Shown piece after piece: positions 6,795-13,749 of a stretch of DNA of 13,749 bases; position 1 is the stretch's first letter; every line of letters begins with the position of its first letter. Source of the stretch: Myxococcota bacterium (GTDB lineage: Bacteria; Myxococcota_A; Polyangia; Polyangiales; Sandaracinaceae). The notes under the pieces are model-generated. The model made no database searches. It was given only the letters and a program-made list of their open reading frames with translations, and was not told the DNA's origin. The stretch covers positions 1 through 13,749 of the forward strand of contig JAYZQJ010000146.1 of NCBI GenBank assembly GCA_036149055.1, written 5' to 3'. A program made the position numbers and the translations under genes.

Positions 6795-7877
6795 TCAGGG
6801 CGAGACGGGCGGGGCGAAGCGCCAGCGCTGCAGCTGGCGCACGAGCGCGCGTCGCCCCGCGCGCTCGCCGCACACGTAGACGTCGACGACCACCCGCGGG
6901 TCCGGCCCGACCGCGCGCGCTCCGTCGCAGTCGGGCGGCGGCGGGGCGTCGTCGTCGTCGTCGCTGATCCACTCCGCCGCCGGATCCGGCCCGGCGCGCC
7001 AGCGAGGGCGCGCGGGCAGGAGGCGCGGCCGGAAGCCCCCGGGCGCGTCGGGCTCCACGGCGTAGCGACAGTAGATCCGGCTCCAGGCCCCGCTCGAGGC
7101 GCGCAGCTCGTAGAAGAGCTGCCAGACGTCGGTCACGCCGTACCCCATCGCGATCGTGGTCCCGGGCGCCCGAGGGCCCTCGAGCGTGTGATCGCCGCAG
7201 AGCTCCAGGACGGGCTCGGCCGGCGCCTCCGGGGTGATCGAGCCCTCGAGGATCGGCTGGAGCTCCGCGCCGCACGCCCCCTCCGAGGCGCCGCGCAGGT
7301 TCAGGCGGGCGCCGGAGGGCAGCTCGAGCAGGCGGTCGCGCGGCGGCTCGCCTTCGGGCAGCTCCGAGACCACCAGCTCCACCCGGCACGCGCCCCGGAC
7401 GAAGACGTGTCGGCTCGCGCCTCCGGTGACGCCGCGGGTGCGAGGGACCGGGGTCTGCATGAGGTCGTCGAAGAAGCAGGGAGTGGCCTCGTAGGCGTCG
7501 AGGCCGGAGAGCGCGCGCCAACCGGAGGCGAGCCGAGCGCGGTAGCGGCCGCAGGCGAGCAGCACCTCGGTCTCGCCCGCCGAGTCCGCAGCCGAGTCCG
7601 ACGCCGAGTCCGACGCCGAGTCCGCAGCCGAATCCGCAGCCGAGTCCGAGTCCGACGCCGAGTCCGACGCCGAGTCCGACGCCGAGTCCGACGCCGAGTC
7701 CGACGCCGAGTCCGCGGCCGAGTCCGCGGCCGAGTCCGAGTCCGCGGCCGAGCCCGTGTCCGTGGGGCGGGAGGTCGGCGTCGCCGGCTCGGGGGCCGGG
7801 CGGGGGGCGCCGCAGGCGGCGAGGAGCGCGATCGCGAGGGCGAGCTGGGGAGCGCGGAGGAGGGTCTGCTTCGTCAT
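6795..7877 (-). CDS. Hypothetical lipoprotein with Ser/Asp/Ala repeat linker, 360 aa
   Basis: Signal peptide with lipobox LAAC (Cys22), Pro-rich tether, (SDSA/ADSA)n tract, then a ~260-aa domain with 8 Cys. GAGG SD upstream. Confidence 0.75.
   Translation of the reverse strand: MTKQTLLRAPQLALAIALLAACGAPRPAPEPATPTSRPTDTGSAADSDSAADSAADSASDSASDSASDSASDSASDSDSAADSAADSASDSASDSAADSAGETEVLLACGRYRARLASGWRALSGLDAYEATPCFFDDLMQTPVPRTRGVTGGASRHVFVRGACRVELVVSELPEGEPPRDRLLELPSGARLNLRGASEGACGAELQPILEGSITPEAPAEPVLELCGDHTLEGPRAPGTTIAMGYGVTDVWQLFYELRASSGAWSRIYCRYAVEPDAPGGFRPRLLPARPRWRAGPDPAAEWISDDDDDAPPPPDCDGARAVGPDPRVVVDVYVCGERAGRRALVRQLQRWRFAPPVSP
7579..7752. repeat. Intragenic 12-bp tandem repeat GCCGAGTCCG(AC/CA/CG), about 13 units
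   Basis: Read directly from the sequence. Two units have an in-frame GAGTCC duplication. Encodes SDSA/ADSA on the minus strand. Confidence 0.95.
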
Positions 7878-7981
7878 CTCGTGCCTCGATCAGCGAGCCG
7901 GCGTCGGTCGTGCCCGGAAGGGTCGGTGCGACCGGCCCAACACCCCTCCTCCCCTCCTCGCTTCCCCCCTTCCTCCCTTCC

Positions 7982-8048
7982 CGCGAGTCGGGAGAAGCCG
8001 AGGCGGCGGCGTCTGGACGCGCGAGTCGGGAGAAGCCGAGGCGGCGGC
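7982..8048. repeat. 29-bp perfect direct repeat, two copies
   Basis: CGCGAGTCGGGAGAAGCCGAGGCGGCGGC at 7982-8010 and 8020-8048 (period 38), just downstream of the kinase stop. Confidence 0.9.
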
Positions 8049-8058
8049 AAACGACAGC

Positions 8059-10899
<2,841 letters not shown>

Positions 10900-10932
10900 G
10901 GGACGCGAGTAGAACCGCGCGCCCTCGCCGGA

Positions 10933-11544
10933 TCAAGCGCGCCAGCGAATGTCGTAGATGCGGCGCGACGCCGGCTGACCGTGCACGCGCTCGGCGGGGT
11001 GGCCGTCGAGGCTCAGCTCGAGCCCTCTCGCGCCCGTCTTCTCCAGCGCGTACTCGATGTAGGGCAGCGACACGGAGTCGAGCCACTGCGCGAGGTGGTC
11101 CGGGATGCCGCTCCGCACGACGCGCACGTGCCCGGGGCCCACGTCCTCGGCGAGCGTCTCGCCCCAGTCGAAGTAGCGCTGCACGAGGCGCGGCAGCCCC
11201 TTGGCCACCGCCGCCGGCGTCGCGAGCCGGAGGAGCCACGCGTACACCCCCGAGAGATCCTCCTCCGCGTGCGCGCGGCCGCGCTGCCGGAGGAACGCCT
11301 CCATCGGCTCGCCGCGGATCCCCGCGACCACTTCGTTCATCGCCACGACCGGCCCGACGTCGTACCAGCTCGCGGCCAGGAACGCCTGAGAGGCGAACTC
11401 GCGCAGGGCCGGGTCCTCGAGCTGCTGCAAGAACGCCTCCTTGCCACCGGGGAGCTCCTCCTCGATGAACTTCAGGAAGGCGCGATAGGCGATCCCCTTC
11501 ATGCGGAAGGGGCTCTCGCCGGGTGCGAAGGGCCAAGACGACAT
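10933..11544 (-). CDS. Hypothetical protein, myxobacterial DUF2378-like / H-NOX-V4R-like family, 203 aa
   Basis: ATG 11544. Pattern MKG...SWYD...G..HAEEDLSGVY..LL....P......P.....YF..G...YDIRW resembles expanded myxobacterial families; assignment is by recalled similarity only. The ORF-track extension to 12141 is antisense to the pentapeptide gene. Confidence 0.7.
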   Translation of the reverse strand: MSSWPFAPGESPFRMKGIAYRAFLKFIEEELPGGKEAFLQQLEDPALREFASQAFLAASWYDVGPVVAMNEVVAGIRGEPMEAFLRQRGRAHAEEDLSGVYAWLLRLATPAAVAKGLPRLVQRYFDWGETLAEDVGPGHVRVVRSGIPDHLAQWLDSVSLPYIEYALEKTGARGLELSLDGHPAERVHGQPASRRIYDIRWRA

Positions 11545-11650
11545 GACGGCTCGGAGTGAATGGGGCCGGCGAAGCCGACCCGTCCGCAGGATATCACGAG
11601 GAGAGGCACCTAAAGATGGGCGCCCACCCCGCCGATTCTCGGGGTGAGAC

Positions 11651-12717
11651 ATGCCCGCCGCCGCCTCCACGATGCCGCCCAAGGTCGAGCCCGCCGTCAG
11701 CGGACGCTGGATCCGCCCGCCCGGATCCGTCGACGATCTGCGCACCAAGGTGCTCCGCGCCCTGCGGGAGGGAGGCGAGCGGCCCACCGATCTGGCCGGC
11801 ATCCGGCTGGTCGGCGAGGATCTCGAGGGCTGCGACCTGAGCGGCTGCGACCTGACCGGCGCCGACCTCAGCAAGGCCAACCTCCGGGGCGCGAAGCTCA
11901 TCGGCGCCGACCTGAGCGCGGCGACGCTGCACCAGACGGTGCTCGACGAGGCGGAGCTCGCCGGGGCCACCCTGCTCGGCGCGAGCCTCGAGGGCGCGCA
12001 CGCCGAGCGGGCCGGGTTCGGCAAGGCGGATCTGCGGCGCACCTCGTTCTTCGGCGCCCAGCTCGACGGCGCGTCCTTCGTCGAGGCGCGCCTGCGCCAC
12101 ACCGACTTCCGGACGGCGAGCGCCCGGGGCGCGCGCTTCACCGACTGCGACCTGACCCGCGCCGACTTCTCGCAGGCCGACCTCTCCGGGGCCGAGCTGT
12201 CGAGCGCCGACGTGGACCGGGCTCGCTTCGTCGAGACCGATCTCCGGCGCGCGCGGCTGCGCTCGCTCGCCCGGTTCGAGCGCGCCTCGTTCCTGCGCGC
12301 CGACGTCCGCGACGTGGACTTCAGCGGCGCCTACATGCTGCGCCGTCACGTGCTCGACGAGAACTTCCTCGACGAGTTCAAGAACCGCAGCCGGATGTAC
12401 CGCCTGGTCTACTGGGTGTGGTGGGCGAGCAGCGACTGCGGCCGCAGCCTCACGCGCTGGACGGCCTGGACGGTGCTGATCGCGCTCGGGTTCGGCTTCG
12501 TCTTCACCAGCGTGGCGATGGACTTCGGCGCGCACGAGACCTGGCTCTCGCCCTTCTATTACAGCGTCGTGACCCTCACGACGCTCGGCTACGGCGACGT
12601 CCTGCCCGCCAGCGAGGCGGCGCAGTGGCTCGCGATGACCGAGGTGACGATCGGCTACCTGATGCTCGGCGGCCTGATCAGCATCTTCAGCAACAAGCTC
12701 GCGCGGCGAGGAGAGTG

Positions 12718-12718
<1 letters not shown>
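11651..12718 (+). CDS. Pentapeptide-repeat protein fused to a two-TM potassium-channel pore (Ion_trans_2), 355 aa
   Basis: Long A(D/N)LXX-type tract (CDLSG CDLTG ADLSK ANLRG AKLIG ADLSA...), TM1 WTVLIALGFGFVF, pore FYYSVVTLTTLGYGDVLP, TM2 EVTIGYLMLGGLISIFSN. Alternative start at 11672. Confidence 0.92.
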
Positions 12719-13575
<857 letters not shown>

Positions 13576-13582
13576 GCTTCTT

Positions 13583-13749
13583 GGAGGGTTTGGTGCAAAC
13601 CCTCCCCCCATTGGGCGAAGCGCCAATGGGGCCCCCCTCCCGCTGCTTCTTGCTGGAGGGTTTGGTGCAAACCCTCCCCCCATTGGGCGAAGCGCCAATG
13701 GGGCCCCCCTCCCGACTCCGCCGGCGCGTCGCGCTTCGCGCTCGCGCCG
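13583..13749 (+). repeat. REP-like double-hairpin repeat, tandem copies 2 and 3
   Basis: Identical 60-bp core at 13583-13642 and 13655-13714 (period 72). Copy 3 extends to 13724 in exact inverted match to 24-93. Starts 7 nt after the HDOD stop. Confidence 0.92.

Noticed and set aside
11800..12330. Qnr-type quinolone resistance gene
   Set aside because: The pentapeptide tract is fused to a membrane pore, and nothing specific to Qnr is evident.
11644..12717. 358-aa N-terminal extension of the HDOD ORF, or a channel-HDOD fusion
   Set aside because: It is an off-frame overlap with the pentapeptide gene. HDOD has its own SD and ATG at 12718.
13583..13724. CRISPR array
   Set aside because: Only two 60-bp units with a 12-bp spacer. 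The sizes are wrong and no cas genes are present.

Overview
Very GC-rich (roughly 70-75%) bacterial DNA with a myxobacterial gene repertoire (Myxococcota, probably Polyangiales/Sandaracinus-like; inference). Left half (100-6794) is a compact, probably oxygen/hypoxia-responsive signalling island. It has three universal stress proteins, a histidine kinase with a degenerate N-terminal globin (protoglobin-type) domain, a translationally coupled REC-PAS-HisKA hybrid kinase, and a convergent operon encoding an RpoH-like sigma factor plus a sigma54-dependent NtrC-type activator. Both divergent intergenic regions carry sigma54-like -24/-12 promoters and a shared GCGCA-N5-TGCGC palindrome. The layout resembles AfGcHK and Myxococcus NmpRSTU but with an added sigma factor and a remodelled globin pocket. 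Right half: a Ser/Asp/Ala-repeat lipoprotein, a transmembrane Ser/Thr kinase with a 14-repeat extracytoplasmic beta-propeller region, a myxobacterial DUF2378/H-NOX-like protein, and a pentapeptide-repeat K+-channel-like gene coupled to an HDOD protein. Both ends carry copies of a 60-70 bp double-hairpin REP-like repeat, each starting just after a stop codon. No rRNA, tRNA, transposase or CRISPR array was seen.
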